Source of the DNA: Bacillota bacterium | GTDB taxonomy: Bacteria > Bacillota > Clostridia > Oscillospirales > Acutalibacteraceae | Direction of reading: 5' to 3' | Length of the DNA stretch: 64,000 nucleotides | NCBI GenBank assembly: GCA_023458915.1 | Contig: JAEWWM010000050.1 | Span: 2,916-66,915, forward strand | In this document: one piece after another, positions 9,417-19,199 of the stretch | Layout of the letters: each line of letters begins with the position of its first letter | Numbering within the stretch: the stretch's first letter is position 1 | The notes under the pieces: model-generated | Database searches by the model: none | What the model saw: only the letters and a program-made list of their open reading frames with translations | Told to the model about the DNA's origin: nothing | Position numbers and translations under genes: made by a program

Positions 9417-10235
9417 ATGGAACTAATCCGTAAACGTAAGTATTCGCTTCATGATTTTTTAGATTTGGTGAATTTGCTTAGGTCCCCGAAAGGATGCCCG
9501 TGGGACAGAGTTCAAACTCATGTGAGTTTGCGTTCGAATCTTATTGAAGAAGCTTATGATGCGGTTGAAGCAATCGATTTAAGTGACAGCGATATGCTAA
9601 AAGAAGAGCTCGGAGACATTTTGCTTCAAATTGCTCTTCACTGCAGCATTGAAGAAGACGAAGATAATTTTTCTTTCGAAGATGTTGTCGATGAAATATG
9701 CCGAAAAATAATACTTAGACATCCTCATGTTTTTTCAAATAATTCTTTTAAAGATAGGGATAATAGCAGAGATATTAGAGATAGCAGAGATAGAGAGTGT
9801 GGGCGTCGTGATATTTATGATATAAGAAATCATGAGAGACCGCGTGAAAATATGCGTGAAGGTGTAAGAGAAACTATGAAAGTATGTTCAAGAGCAGAAA
9901 CTCCCGCAGAAAGTATGAAAAATGTTTCTAAAACGCTTCCGGCACTTATGAGAACCACCAAAGTACAAGGCAGAGCCGCCAGGGCAGGGTATGGGCTTTT
10001 TTCAGTGGAAGATGCAATAAATGAAACTTTTGAGCGGCTTCATTACTTAGAAAATTTAATAATTGACGGTCGCCAAGATGATTACAATAAAGAGCTCGGA
10101 GACCTACTGTTTGCTGTAACTGAGGTGTCTCGCCTTGTTAATGTTGACGCCGAAAGTGCGCTTTATGATTCATGCGAAAGGTTTAAAGATGAATTTTTAT
10201 ATAAAATATCGCTTGAAAATAGGAATAAGATGTAG
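9417..10235 (+). CDS. mazG: MazG-family nucleoside triphosphate pyrophosphohydrolase with Arg/Asp-rich insert
   Basis: CPWDRVQTH, EEAYDAVEAI, ELGDILLQ, RHPHVF and a second EELGDLLFAV motif. See finding for the insert. Confidence 0.8.
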   Translation: MELIRKRKYSLHDFLDLVNLLRSPKGCPWDRVQTHVSLRSNLIEEAYDAVEAIDLSDSDMLKEELGDILLQIALHCSIEEDEDNFSFEDVVDEICRKIILRHPHVFSNNSFKDRDNSRDIRDSRDRECGRRDIYDIRNHERPRENMREGVRETMKVCSRAETPAESMKNVSKTLPALMRTTKVQGRAARAGYGLFSVEDAINETFERLHYLENLIIDGRQDDYNKELGDLLFAVTEVSRLVNVDAESALYDSCERFKDEFLYKISLENRNKM

Positions 10236-10240
10236 TAGTA

Positions 10241-10267
10241 TTGACGTGCTGATTTAAAAATTATAAT
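10241..10267 (+). promoter_or_regulatory. candidate promoter for hup
   Basis: TTGACG then TATAAT, but the spacer is only 15 nt. A 6-bp stem (gtgccg-att-cggcac, 10293-10307) lies in the leader. Confidence 0.35.
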
Positions 10268-10332
10268 AATAAGAGGTCAGCAAGACAGTATTTGTGCCGA
10301 TTCGGCACTATTAAAAACACGGAGGTTGTATT

Positions 10333-10608
10333 ATGAACAGGTCTGAACTCGTAGCAAAAATCGCAGAAAAAAGCGGATTCACCAAAAAAGATTCAGATAA
10401 AGCACTTGATGCTGTTATTGAATCAGTAATTGGAGAACTTTCAAAAGGCGGAAAAGTCCAGTTAGTTGGATTTGGAACTTTTGAAGTTCGCAAACGCACA
10501 GCCCGCAAAGGCCGTGACCCAAGAACCGGTAAGCCGATTCAGATTCCTGCATCTAAAGCTCCAGCTTTTAAAGCAGGCAAATCATTTAAAGATGCTGTAA
10601 ACAAATAA
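10333..10608 (+). CDS. hup: HU-family DNA-binding protein
   Basis: MNRSELVAKIAEKSGFTKKD...GFGTFEVRKRTARKGRDPRTGKPIQIPASKAPAFKAGK is the canonical HU sequence. Confidence 0.95.
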   Translation: MNRSELVAKIAEKSGFTKKDSDKALDAVIESVIGELSKGGKVQLVGFGTFEVRKRTARKGRDPRTGKPIQIPASKAPAFKAGKSFKDAVNK

Positions 10609-10858
10609 GCGTAGAAAAGTATTTTTTAAAACATAGTTTTTCTTTAAGTACTGAACTTAATTGAAAAGCTGTGTTTTTTGTTTTCTTAAAAATTGACAAT
10701 GATAAAAATATAACTTTCGATATAGTAAGCTAGATAGATGGAGGGGAGATTTATATACACTTATTTGAAATACTAAATGATTTGCCTTCTTGATATAAAA
10801 TAATAATGCCTATATAATTTTAATAAATGTATGTTATTTTAATTTAGGAGAAAAATTA

Positions 10859-11842
10859 GTGGCTTATAACTTAAATTTAGGTGAGTGGGAATCTGTTTTC
10901 GCAGTTCCATCAAAAATTTTTGATAAATACATAAAATCATCAAGTGAAGCGCAGATTAAAGTTCTTTTATGTGTGCTTCGCTATGGCGGGAGGCAGCTTG
11001 AGTTAACTGAAATTGCTAAAATTACAGGACTTAGCGAAGAAGAAACTCAAAATTCTATAATTTACTGGGATGAGCAGGGGCTTTTATCTTCTAAAATTGA
11101 AGAAAATTTTAAAGTTGAAGAAATTCTGAATAAAAATAAAATTTTTGCGTATGAAAATTCTCAAAAAATAACAAGGAGATATCAAAAACCGGATAGTTCA
11201 CACATAGCTAATAGAATGCAAAGCTCCGATGAAATAAATTTCCTTATGCAGGAAGCTCAGATTGTGCTTGGGCGTCCGATTTCAAATGGCGATAGCGCAG
11301 CTCTTTTAATGCTTCATGATAATGATGGTTTGCCCGTGGATGTTATTATCATGCTCCTTCAGTACGCGGTAAGCGTTGGGAAGGCAAACATGAAATACAT
11401 AGAAAAAATAGGTATAAATTGGTCGAGCGAAGGAATTGACGATCTTGAGAAAGCCGAGAAAAAAATTCAAAGCTTAAATGAAGCAAATGTTATGTGGAAT
11501 AGATTTGAAAGTATTATTGGAATATACCATAGAGCTCCGTCAGTTCGTGAAGAAGAGGCTGTTTGCAGATGGCTCGGGCAATGGGGCTACAGCGATGAGC
11601 TTGTTAAAGAAGCGTATGAGAGATGCATAAATGCTAATGGAAAATATGTTTTGAAATATATGGATAGCATCGTCAAGCGCTGGTATAGTCAAGGTATTGT
11701 GACTATTGAGCAAGCTTTAATCGAAAATTCTGCGCGAAGCCGCAAAAAAAATTTCTCCGATCAAAATAACAAAGCTTCTTATAATATAGATGAATATGAA
11801 AATTATTTTCGTGATTATATAAAAGATTATGTAAAGGATTAA
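10859..11842 (+). CDS. DnaD/DnaB-type replication initiation and membrane attachment protein (two DnaB_2-like domains)
   Basis: GTG start. N-terminal winged-helix-like region, then two repeats of the DnaD-domain pattern (LLQYAVSVGKANMKYIEKIGINW; VLKYMDSIVKRWYSQG). Followed by the helicase-loader gene. Confidence 0.7.
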   Translation: MAYNLNLGEWESVFAVPSKIFDKYIKSSSEAQIKVLLCVLRYGGRQLELTEIAKITGLSEEETQNSIIYWDEQGLLSSKIEENFKVEEILNKNKIFAYENSQKITRRYQKPDSSHIANRMQSSDEINFLMQEAQIVLGRPISNGDSAALLMLHDNDGLPVDVIIMLLQYAVSVGKANMKYIEKIGINWSSEGIDDLEKAEKKIQSLNEANVMWNRFESIIGIYHRAPSVREEEAVCRWLGQWGYSDELVKEAYERCINANGKYVLKYMDSIVKRWYSQGIVTIEQALIENSARSRKKNFSDQNNKASYNIDEYENYFRDYIKDYVKD

Positions 11843-11857
11843 AGAGGTGAAATCCAA

Positions 11858-12847
11858 ATGGGGTATAGCAGAGAAATTTATGATGAAGTCCAGAAAAAGC
11901 TGTATAAAATGCGAAATAAATCTTATGAAGAATTGAATCGAAAAAAAGAAATTTTTTATAAACGATTCCCTGTAGCTTCTGATATTGAAAAAAATTTAGC
12001 AAGTACAGCGCTGGAAGCGGCGAGAGCTGTTCTTGGTGGCAAAAACGTTGCTGAGGCTCTTTATAAATTAAAGGAGAAAAATAAAATTTTAAGAGAAAAT
12101 CTTAAAGAAATTTTAAAAAGCGTAGATTTGCCTGAAGATTATTTGGAAGTTCGCCATAGCTGCGAAAAATGTGCGGATGAAGGTTTTATTGACGGTATGA
12201 TGTGTATCTGCATGAAAGATATGCTCAAGAAAGAATCATATAAAAAACTAAACCAAATGTCCCCGCTCGAGCTTTCGTCTTTTGAAAATTTTTCACTCGA
12301 TTATTATACAGATGGTTCATCTGATAGTGCAGAGCAGTCTCCTAGGAAAAGAATGACGCAAATTTTAAAATTTTGTAAAAAATATGCAGATGAATTTAGT
12401 AAGAATTCTCCAAATCTTTTAATGACAGGAAGCACAGGCCTTGGGAAAACCCATCTTTCGCTGGCAATAGCGCGCGAAGTTATAAACAAAGGTTACGGGG
12501 TTATCTATGGGTCGACGCAGAACATGGTTTCCAAAATGGAAAAAGAAAAGTTCAAAAATTTTCGCGATGAAAACGAAAGTGAGCAGCATTTTATAGACTG
12601 TGACCTTTTAATAATTGATGATCTTGGAACGGAATATTCAACGGCTTTTTCAAATGCCGCAATCTACAATGTTATAAATTCGCGCATAATAATGGGTAAA
12701 ACCACAATAATCAGTACGAACCTTTCTATGCGTGAGCTCGAAAAAAACTACACTCAGCGAATGATTTCACGAATTATAGGAAATAACATTTGGCTCGAGT
12801 TCTTAGGTTCAGATATCCGGCAAAAGCGTATAAAAACAAAGCAGTGA
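11858..12847 (+). CDS. DnaI/DnaC-type helicase loader ATPase
   Basis: Cys cluster CEKCADEGFIDGMMCIC, Walker A GSTGLGKTH, Walker B LLIIDDLG, TIISTNLS. Confidence 0.78.
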   Translation: MGYSREIYDEVQKKLYKMRNKSYEELNRKKEIFYKRFPVASDIEKNLASTALEAARAVLGGKNVAEALYKLKEKNKILRENLKEILKSVDLPEDYLEVRHSCEKCADEGFIDGMMCICMKDMLKKESYKKLNQMSPLELSSFENFSLDYYTDGSSDSAEQSPRKRMTQILKFCKKYADEFSKNSPNLLMTGSTGLGKTHLSLAIAREVINKGYGVIYGSTQNMVSKMEKEKFKNFRDENESEQHFIDCDLLIIDDLGTEYSTAFSNAAIYNVINSRIIMGKTTIISTNLSMRELEKNYTQRMISRIIGNNIWLEFLGSDIRQKRIKTKQ

Positions 12848-12933
12848 GAGCTTAAACAAATTTTCTTTGCCTAAAAACTAAAATAATTACTCAAAAAACA
12901 CTTCCTTTATTTTGCATAGGAGAATGATCTGGC

Positions 12934-14601
12934 ATGAACAATATTGATAGTTTATATGAATTCTGGCTAAAAAACGTAAAAGACGAAAATCTTTTGGACG
13001 AACTTGAAAATATTAAAAATAACTCTCACGAAAAATATGAAAGATTTTATAGAAATTTGGAATTTGGCACTGCCGGACTTCGGGGGATAATGGGTGCGGG
13101 AGCTAACAGAATGAATATATATACTGTTCGTTTGGTGTCCCAAGGTTTGGCAAATTATTTGAAAGAAAGGCATGAAAATCCGTCGGTTGCCATATCTTTT
13201 GATTCGCGAAAAAACTCAAAAGTTTTTGCTCTTGAAACTGCCAAAGTAATGGCGGGGAATAATATAAAAGCTCATATCACTTCTGAACTGCAGCCAACGC
13301 CGTTTTTATCTTTCGCAGTAAGGAATCTTGGTGCAAAAGCAGGGGTTATGATCACCGCTAGCCATAATACTGCTGAATATAACGGCTACAAATGTTACGG
13401 CGAAGACGGCGCTCAAATGACTGAAGTTTCCGCTCGCGAAGTTTACGAGCAAATGATGAATATTGATATTTTTAATGACGTAAAAATTATGAATTTTGAT
13501 AAAGCTAAAGAAAAAAATTTAATATCTTTTATTGCGCAAGATGCCTATGATAGATATCTTTATGCCGTTATGAACCAGAGGATAAATAAATTTCCACTGT
13601 CTGATTTAAATATTGTCTACACACCCTTGAACGGTTCCGGAAGCAAATTTGTGAAAACTGTGCTTCAAAAATCAGGAGTAAAAAACTTGCACGTAGTTCC
13701 GGAGCAAGAAAATCCGGATGAAAATTTTACAACTTGCCACTACCCAAATCCGGAGGTCTTGTCGGCTTATTCTAAAGCCATAGAGCTCGCCCGCGAAAAA
13801 AAGTCTGATTTCATCGTAGCAACCGACCCTGACGCGGATAGGCTTGGAGTTTGCATAAAACACGAAAATGAATACAGACTTTTAAGTGGGAATGAAATTG
13901 GAACAATTCTTTTTGATTATATTATAAGATCTAGAGCGGAGGCCAATACGCTGGCGAAAAATTCCATGGTAATCAAAACGATCGTTAGTAGCCTTATTAT
14001 CAATGAAATTGCCAAAAAATACAGCTGCGAAGTTAAAGAAGTGCTTACGGGCTTTAAAAATATAGCTTCTGAAATTTTAAAATTAGAGCAAAAAGGCGAG
14101 CTTTCGCGCTTTATTTTCGGTTTTGAAGAAAGTAACGGATACCTCAGCGGAGCGTATACTCGAGATAAAGACGCGATCTCTGCCGCTCTTCTTACATGCG
14201 AAGCTGCGGCTTATTATAAACAAAAAGATAACATGAATTTATACGATGTGCTTTTTAAACTGTGGGAAGAATACGGATTTTTCGGTGAAAAAACTTTAAG
14301 TTTTGAATTTAAAGGACATGAAGGAAAGCTGAAAATAGACGCCATAATGAAAAATTTAAGAAATAGTCCCCCAAAATCTATTGGGGAACTAGAGGTTCTA
14401 AAAATTGAGGACTATCTGCCTAGGTCGGACATATTAATTTTCTCTTTGGTAGGCGAAAATCGCATAATAATCCGCCCGTCAGGTACTGAGCCTAAAATAA
14501 AATTTTACATAATGGTTCGAGAGTTTGGCAGCGAGAAATTAAAGCAAAGTTTGCTTTATATCGAAGAGCAAATCACCCATCTTCTGCAGGAATATAGTTA
14601 A
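12934..14601 (+). CDS. phosphoglucomutase/phosphomannomutase family (PgcA-like)
   Basis: GTAGLRG, active-site TASHNTAEYNGYK, metal loop TDPDADR, GFEESNGY, RPSGTEPK. Confidence 0.9.
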   Translation: MNNIDSLYEFWLKNVKDENLLDELENIKNNSHEKYERFYRNLEFGTAGLRGIMGAGANRMNIYTVRLVSQGLANYLKERHENPSVAISFDSRKNSKVFALETAKVMAGNNIKAHITSELQPTPFLSFAVRNLGAKAGVMITASHNTAEYNGYKCYGEDGAQMTEVSAREVYEQMMNIDIFNDVKIMNFDKAKEKNLISFIAQDAYDRYLYAVMNQRINKFPLSDLNIVYTPLNGSGSKFVKTVLQKSGVKNLHVVPEQENPDENFTTCHYPNPEVLSAYSKAIELAREKKSDFIVATDPDADRLGVCIKHENEYRLLSGNEIGTILFDYIIRSRAEANTLAKNSMVIKTIVSSLIINEIAKKYSCEVKEVLTGFKNIASEILKLEQKGELSRFIFGFEESNGYLSGAYTRDKDAISAALLTCEAAAYYKQKDNMNLYDVLFKLWEEYGFFGEKTLSFEFKGHEGKLKIDAIMKNLRNSPPKSIGELEVLKIEDYLPRSDILIFSLVGENRIIIRPSGTEPKIKFYIMVREFGSEKLKQSLLYIEEQITHLLQEYS

Positions 14602-14624
14602 ATTCCTGTAAATTAAAAATCCCC

Positions 14625-15977
14625 TCAAACTTTAACATTAAAGCTGCCGGCTTGTAAAGCGGCTTTCAAATAATTTTCAACTTCTGTTATCGCTTCTTGT
14701 TCCTTACTGCTTTTATTAATAGTTTTATTTCCAGTTTGAACTTGTTTAGCATCTTTATCCACAAGAATATAGTAGGGACCTTTACTTACAGATACAATGC
14801 TATCTCCATTTTTATGGTCGTATTGTTGCTCTAACCTTTTTTTGCCTTGAGCTATCGATAAGCAGTCCTGTGAGCCATGTTTAAAAAATTTAGGGTTGGC
14901 CTTTCCACCTGCAACCCATGCCTGATTCCAAATTTCTTCAATTTTTTTCTTTTGTTCCTCTTCCTTTAAGTAAGAAAACTTTATATCAAGACCCATATTA
15001 TTATCAAAAACTTTGTATCCAGCAAGTTTATTTGAAAATTCGATTTTTGAATCTAATTCTTTTAAAGCAGTACGTACCTGCTCCCCAATTTTTCCTATTT
15101 TTTCTGGGGTAAGAGGTATCTTAACTGGCTTTACTTTTTTCATTAGCTCTTGCAGTTCTACGTTTGATTTTTTTAAATCTTGCAAAAGTTTATAGAATTC
15201 TTTTTCGATTTCTCCCCAGTCGTCGCCTTTGTTACATCTCTCAACTAATTCTTTAAACTTAGAAGTATAGTCTTTCATAGATTCGCCAAGTTTATAGTTA
15301 TCTATTTCTTTTGGTGGTAATGAATTTTCACGCCAAGACATAATAGCTCCTAAATTATTAACTAGTTCGCTATAATTTTCAGTATTGATTCCTAAACTTT
15401 TGGCTTTAGCTAATTTTTGATCCAAATCCGCTTTTACTTTTCTCACTTTCTCTAAAACTGAAAGTTTGCTCATTAAAGAGTACAATATATTAGCGGCTTT
15501 AGTAAAACTCTCTAAATATTTTACAAAATCGCTATAAATATTTTTTATTGCAAGCCCAAGATCATGGTAAGTAACTTTCGGCGGCGGCAATTTGATATTC
15601 ACTTTTTTACAATATTTTTCGATGCTATTCAAACATGCTTCACCAGTTTTTCGTACATCGCTATCTGCCCAATAACTATAACATATTCGAGCTACTAAAT
15701 TTCTAAAAAATTCTAATTCCGATTTTAAATTTTTCTTCAGTTCTTCGATTTTCTCTTTTTCAGAACGTGAAAGCGCCTTAGTTAAGGTATTTATAGCCGA
15801 TGGGTTAAGTATTTTTCTGTATTTTTTAGGAATTTCTTTTTTTAGTTTATCGAACACCCTTGCTAATGTTGTGCTTTCTGCTTTAGGTACTTTAAGTTGA
15901 AGGTTAGGAGTAGATGCTTTTAAATTTTCGACATTTCCTTTCGGAATTCCGGCTGCAGAAGTTTTAATTGGCGGCAT
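14625..15977 (-). CDS. hypothetical 450-aa Lys/Glu-rich, predicted all-helical protein
   Basis: Long ATG ORF with GGAGG-type SD (agggaggaataaattATG). No signal peptide, TM segment or catalytic motif recognised. Confidence 0.6.
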   Translation of the reverse strand: MPPIKTSAAGIPKGNVENLKASTPNLQLKVPKAESTTLARVFDKLKKEIPKKYRKILNPSAINTLTKALSRSEKEKIEELKKNLKSELEFFRNLVARICYSYWADSDVRKTGEACLNSIEKYCKKVNIKLPPPKVTYHDLGLAIKNIYSDFVKYLESFTKAANILYSLMSKLSVLEKVRKVKADLDQKLAKAKSLGINTENYSELVNNLGAIMSWRENSLPPKEIDNYKLGESMKDYTSKFKELVERCNKGDDWGEIEKEFYKLLQDLKKSNVELQELMKKVKPVKIPLTPEKIGKIGEQVRTALKELDSKIEFSNKLAGYKVFDNNMGLDIKFSYLKEEEQKKKIEEIWNQAWVAGGKANPKFFKHGSQDCLSIAQGKKRLEQQYDHKNGDSIVSVSKGPYYILVDKDAKQVQTGNKTINKSSKEQEAITEVENYLKAALQAGSFNVKV

Positions 15978-16080
15978 AATTTATTCCTCCCTATATATAT
16001 TTTGTATAAAATATCATATAATTTTATATAGATATTATATAATTTTGTATATATTGTCAATACCGCATTTTTTATTACGT

Positions 16081-16102
16081 AAAAAAACAGCCTTGCGGCT
16101 GT
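16081..16102 (-). terminator. rho-independent terminator after ftsL
   Basis: acagcc-ttgc-ggctgt stem, followed on the minus strand by U7. Confidence 0.7.
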
Positions 16103-16185
16103 CGCTATATTTAACTAACTATTATAAGTTAATTTTTTTGCTGTGTTGCGCGCTGTTTATCGCCTTGATTATTTATTTTTATAAA

Positions 16186-16533
16186 TTAATTATTTTCACT
16201 GTTAAAACTGTGGCCATTAGAAGTTTGAGCGGATTTAAGCTCCATGAAAAGTTGTGTATTAGTGCTCTTGTATTTATTAAGCTCTACTGAAGCTTTATGC
16301 GCTGCATCTGAAACTTCAGTAAGCTTAACTTGTCCCAAAACAAAACCGGAGACGCAAACTGCCGCAAGCAAAAAAACAGAAAAAACGCTTGCTAAAAACA
16401 TTTTCTGAATTCTGGCTTTTTCTTTCTGTCTAGCTTTTTTACCGGGCAGTCTAACTAATTTGCCAGGTTTTAGTTTTTTTTCTTCAAGATTTTTAAAGTC
16501 GAAAACTATGCTTGCCGCATTTCTGTCATACAT
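16186..16533 (-). CDS. ftsL: cell division protein FtsL-like
   Basis: Basic N-terminus, a single TM helix (FLASVFSVFLLAAVCVSGFVLG) and a short coiled extracellular tail. Lies directly downstream of rsmH. Confidence 0.7.
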   Translation of the reverse strand: MYDRNAASIVFDFKNLEEKKLKPGKLVRLPGKKARQKEKARIQKMFLASVFSVFLLAAVCVSGFVLGQVKLTEVSDAAHKASVELNKYKSTNTQLFMELKSAQTSNGHSFNSENN

Positions 16534-16561
16534 TTTTAACTAGCATCTCCACAAATTAATT

Positions 16562-17494
16562 TTAAATGATTTTTTCACATACTCGCAGTTTTGCGCTTCT
16601 GCTTCGGGGATTTATTTCTATCTCATCATTTGATGGTTTAATAGCTTTTTTATGTAAAATTTTTGCCAATGGAACTTGTCCGCAAACACAAACTGGAAAA
16701 TCTGAAGGGCAAATGCAACCTTGAGACCAAGCTTTCATTTTTTTCTTAACAATCCTGTCTTCTAAAGAATGAAATGTTATAACTACTAGCCTGCCGCCTT
16801 TTTTTAAGATTTTAAACGACTTATCAAGCCCTTCTGAAAGATTCTCAAGCTCACGGTTCACATAAATTCTTATTGCCTGAAAAGTTTTTCTTGCTGGATT
16901 TCCGCCGTCTCTTTTTGCGGCAAAAGGAATTGCATCGCTTACTATTTGTGCAAGCTCAGAGGTGGTTTTAATTGGTTTTCTTGCTCTTTTTTCGGTAATT
17001 GCATTTGCTATTTTTGAAGCAAATCTTTCTTCGCCGTACTTGCTAATTATCCCGCGAAGCTCTTCATAACTCAAAAAATTAACCACTTCATAAGCAGATT
17101 GCCCTTGTTTGCTCATCCTCATATCAAGAGGTGCATCTTTTTTGTAAGAAAACCCACGCTCTGCGAAGTCAAGTTGGTAAGAAGACACTCCTAAATCAAG
17201 AATAACGCCATCGACTTTTTCAAAACCCAGATTATGTACAATATTTTCGATATTCGCAAAATTATCCTGAACAACATGAACATTTTCGAAATTCGAAAGC
17301 CTTTCCCGGCAAATTAAAATTGCGTCCGGGTCTTGGTCAATGCATACGAGGCGCCCTTTTTTTGAAATCCTGGAAGCGATTTTGAATGATAACCCGGCGC
17401 CGCCCGCTGTTCCGTCAACATAAATACCATTTGGATTTATATTAAGGAACTGTAATGTTTCACTCAGTAGTACAGTTTTGTGGTTAAAATCCAA
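16562..17494 (-). CDS. rsmH: 16S rRNA (cytosine1402-N4)-methyltransferase
   Basis: HKTVLLSETL, DGTAGGAG, DLGVSSYQLD, FHSLEDRIVK. Start moved to TTG 17494 behind AAGGAAG. Confidence 0.9.
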   Translation of the reverse strand: MDFNHKTVLLSETLQFLNINPNGIYVDGTAGGAGLSFKIASRISKKGRLVCIDQDPDAILICRERLSNFENVHVVQDNFANIENIVHNLGFEKVDGVILDLGVSSYQLDFAERGFSYKKDAPLDMRMSKQGQSAYEVVNFLSYEELRGIISKYGEERFASKIANAITEKRARKPIKTTSELAQIVSDAIPFAAKRDGGNPARKTFQAIRIYVNRELENLSEGLDKSFKILKKGGRLVVITFHSLEDRIVKKKMKAWSQGCICPSDFPVCVCGQVPLAKILHKKAIKPSNDEIEINPRSRSAKLRVCEKII

Positions 17495-17678
17495 AATTAT
17501 CTTCCTTTTTTGTGGCCAGAAAATAAAAATTTTGTGCAAAATGTATTAATTATTTGGTACAATGTAGTATATTACCCGATTTGTTCTGTTAAATCAATAA
17601 TAAAGTATTATTTAACTAAAATTTTGTATAAATGAATATTATTATATGTAAAAAATTGAAAATTTTTGTAAATATTTA

Positions 17679-18248
17679 CTAGGAAATTATTTCCCCGATG
17701 AGTCCTTGCTGATAATTCAGAGCATTTGCTTCATCGGTATCAATATGCATGGCGAGCGAAAAATTTTCACTGACTCTGATAACAACATCGTCGTATGTAA
17801 GCGAACGCCCATGGCTTATTATTTTGACTTTCGCAATTTGCCCGTCTTTTACAGATAACTTATTGGCATCTTCTGGAGTTATATGGATGTGGCGCTTTGA
17901 TATAATCAAACCTTCGTTAATTTTATATTCTCCGGCAGGCCCTATAAGGGTGCAACCGGCACTTTCGACTAAATCACCCGATTCACGAATCATTCCACCT
18001 ACGCCTATTTTAATTGAATCAGTAAGTGAAATTTCGGCTTGTGTGTTTTTGCGCGCAGGGCCAAGCACTGCAACATTTTTTAAAGTTTCTTTTGGCCCTA
18101 CAATGTCTACTCTCTCTTCGCATGCAAACTGACCAGGTTGTGAAAGAGGTTTTTTAGGTGTTAAATCATAATCTTTTCCGAAAAGAGCATCAATGGCTTC
18201 TTTTGAAAGGTGCACATGACGTGCGGAAACTTCAACAGGTATTTTCAC
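17679..18248 (-). CDS. pduL: PduL-type phosphate acyltransferase
   Basis: Duplicated PduL motif: VSARHVHLSKEAIDALFG and ISKRHIHITPEDA. Confidence 0.8.
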   Translation of the reverse strand: MKIPVEVSARHVHLSKEAIDALFGKDYDLTPKKPLSQPGQFACEERVDIVGPKETLKNVAVLGPARKNTQAEISLTDSIKIGVGGMIRESGDLVESAGCTLIGPAGEYKINEGLIISKRHIHITPEDANKLSVKDGQIAKVKIISHGRSLTYDDVVIRVSENFSLAMHIDTDEANALNYQQGLIGEIIS

Positions 18249-18340
18249 GAGAAATCAGACCGCCTTTCTGCTTTAACTGTAATTCATTATCTATACAATT
18301 ACTATGATCTAAAATAATAAATTTTGCAAATTATTTGATT

Positions 18341-19138
18341 TTATAACTTTTCGTGCGAAGCTTTCACGGTATTCTCAACATCTATATTATCGTCTATGTA
18401 GGCATTATCAGATTTTTTAATGAGCATTAAATATTCTATGTTTCCTTCAGGACCTTTAATTGGAGAATAGTCAATATTAAGTACCGAAAAGCCGTTATTT
18501 AGGCAAAAATTATATATTGTTTCTATTACTTCTATGTGAACTTTTTTATCCCTAACGACGCCCTTTTTGCCAATTTTTTCTCTGCCAGCTTCAAACTGAG
18601 GTTTAATAAGGCAAATGCCTAGTGATCCGTCTCTTACAATTTCTCTGATTATCGGTAGAACAAGGCGAAGCGATATAAACGACACATCAACCGTGAAAAA
18701 ATCGATAGGGTCTTTGATATGCAATTTATCAATATATCTTATATTTGTTCTTTCCAAATTTATAACTCTTGGGTCGTTTCTAAGCTTCCAATCAAGCTGA
18801 CCATACCCAACATCTACTGAGTATACCTTAGTGCATCCATTTTGGAGCATACAATCTGTAAATCCGCCTGTAGATGCGCCAACATCAAGAGTGGTTAAAT
18901 TTTTAAGTTCAATATTAAAACTTTTTATAGCTTTTTCGAGCTTAAGCCCGCCGCGACTGACGTAGCCTATTTTATTATTTCTAATTTCAATATTGCAATC
19001 TTCATTATAAGTTGTGCCGGGTTTATCGGATTTTTGATTATCGACAAAAATAAGACCTTCCATAATCAAAATTTTGGCTTTCTCTCGACTTTCGGCTAAA
19101 CCGCGTTCAAACACCATGCTATCTAATCGTTTTTTCAT
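18341..19138 (-). CDS. tlyA: TlyA-family rRNA 2'-O-methyltransferase
   Basis: N-terminal S4 domain (RLDSMVFERGLAESREKAK) plus an FtsJ-like SAM fold (LDVGASTGGFTD). Confidence 0.88.
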   Translation of the reverse strand: MKKRLDSMVFERGLAESREKAKILIMEGLIFVDNQKSDKPGTTYNEDCNIEIRNNKIGYVSRGGLKLEKAIKSFNIELKNLTTLDVGASTGGFTDCMLQNGCTKVYSVDVGYGQLDWKLRNDPRVINLERTNIRYIDKLHIKDPIDFFTVDVSFISLRLVLPIIREIVRDGSLGICLIKPQFEAGREKIGKKGVVRDKKVHIEVIETIYNFCLNNGFSVLNIDYSPIKGPEGNIEYLMLIKKSDNAYIDDNIDVENTVKASHEKL

Positions 19139-19199
19139 TATTATTTAAGAAATTATTTAGCAGTGCACAGACTTACTTAATCTCTTTTTCACCATCCTT

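Noticed and set aside
16045-16290. 81-aa plus-strand ORF overlapping the ftsL terminator and the 3' end of ftsL.
   Set aside because: The peptide is hydrophobic and low-complexity, there is no SD, and the ORF is antisense to a syntenic ftsL and its terminator.
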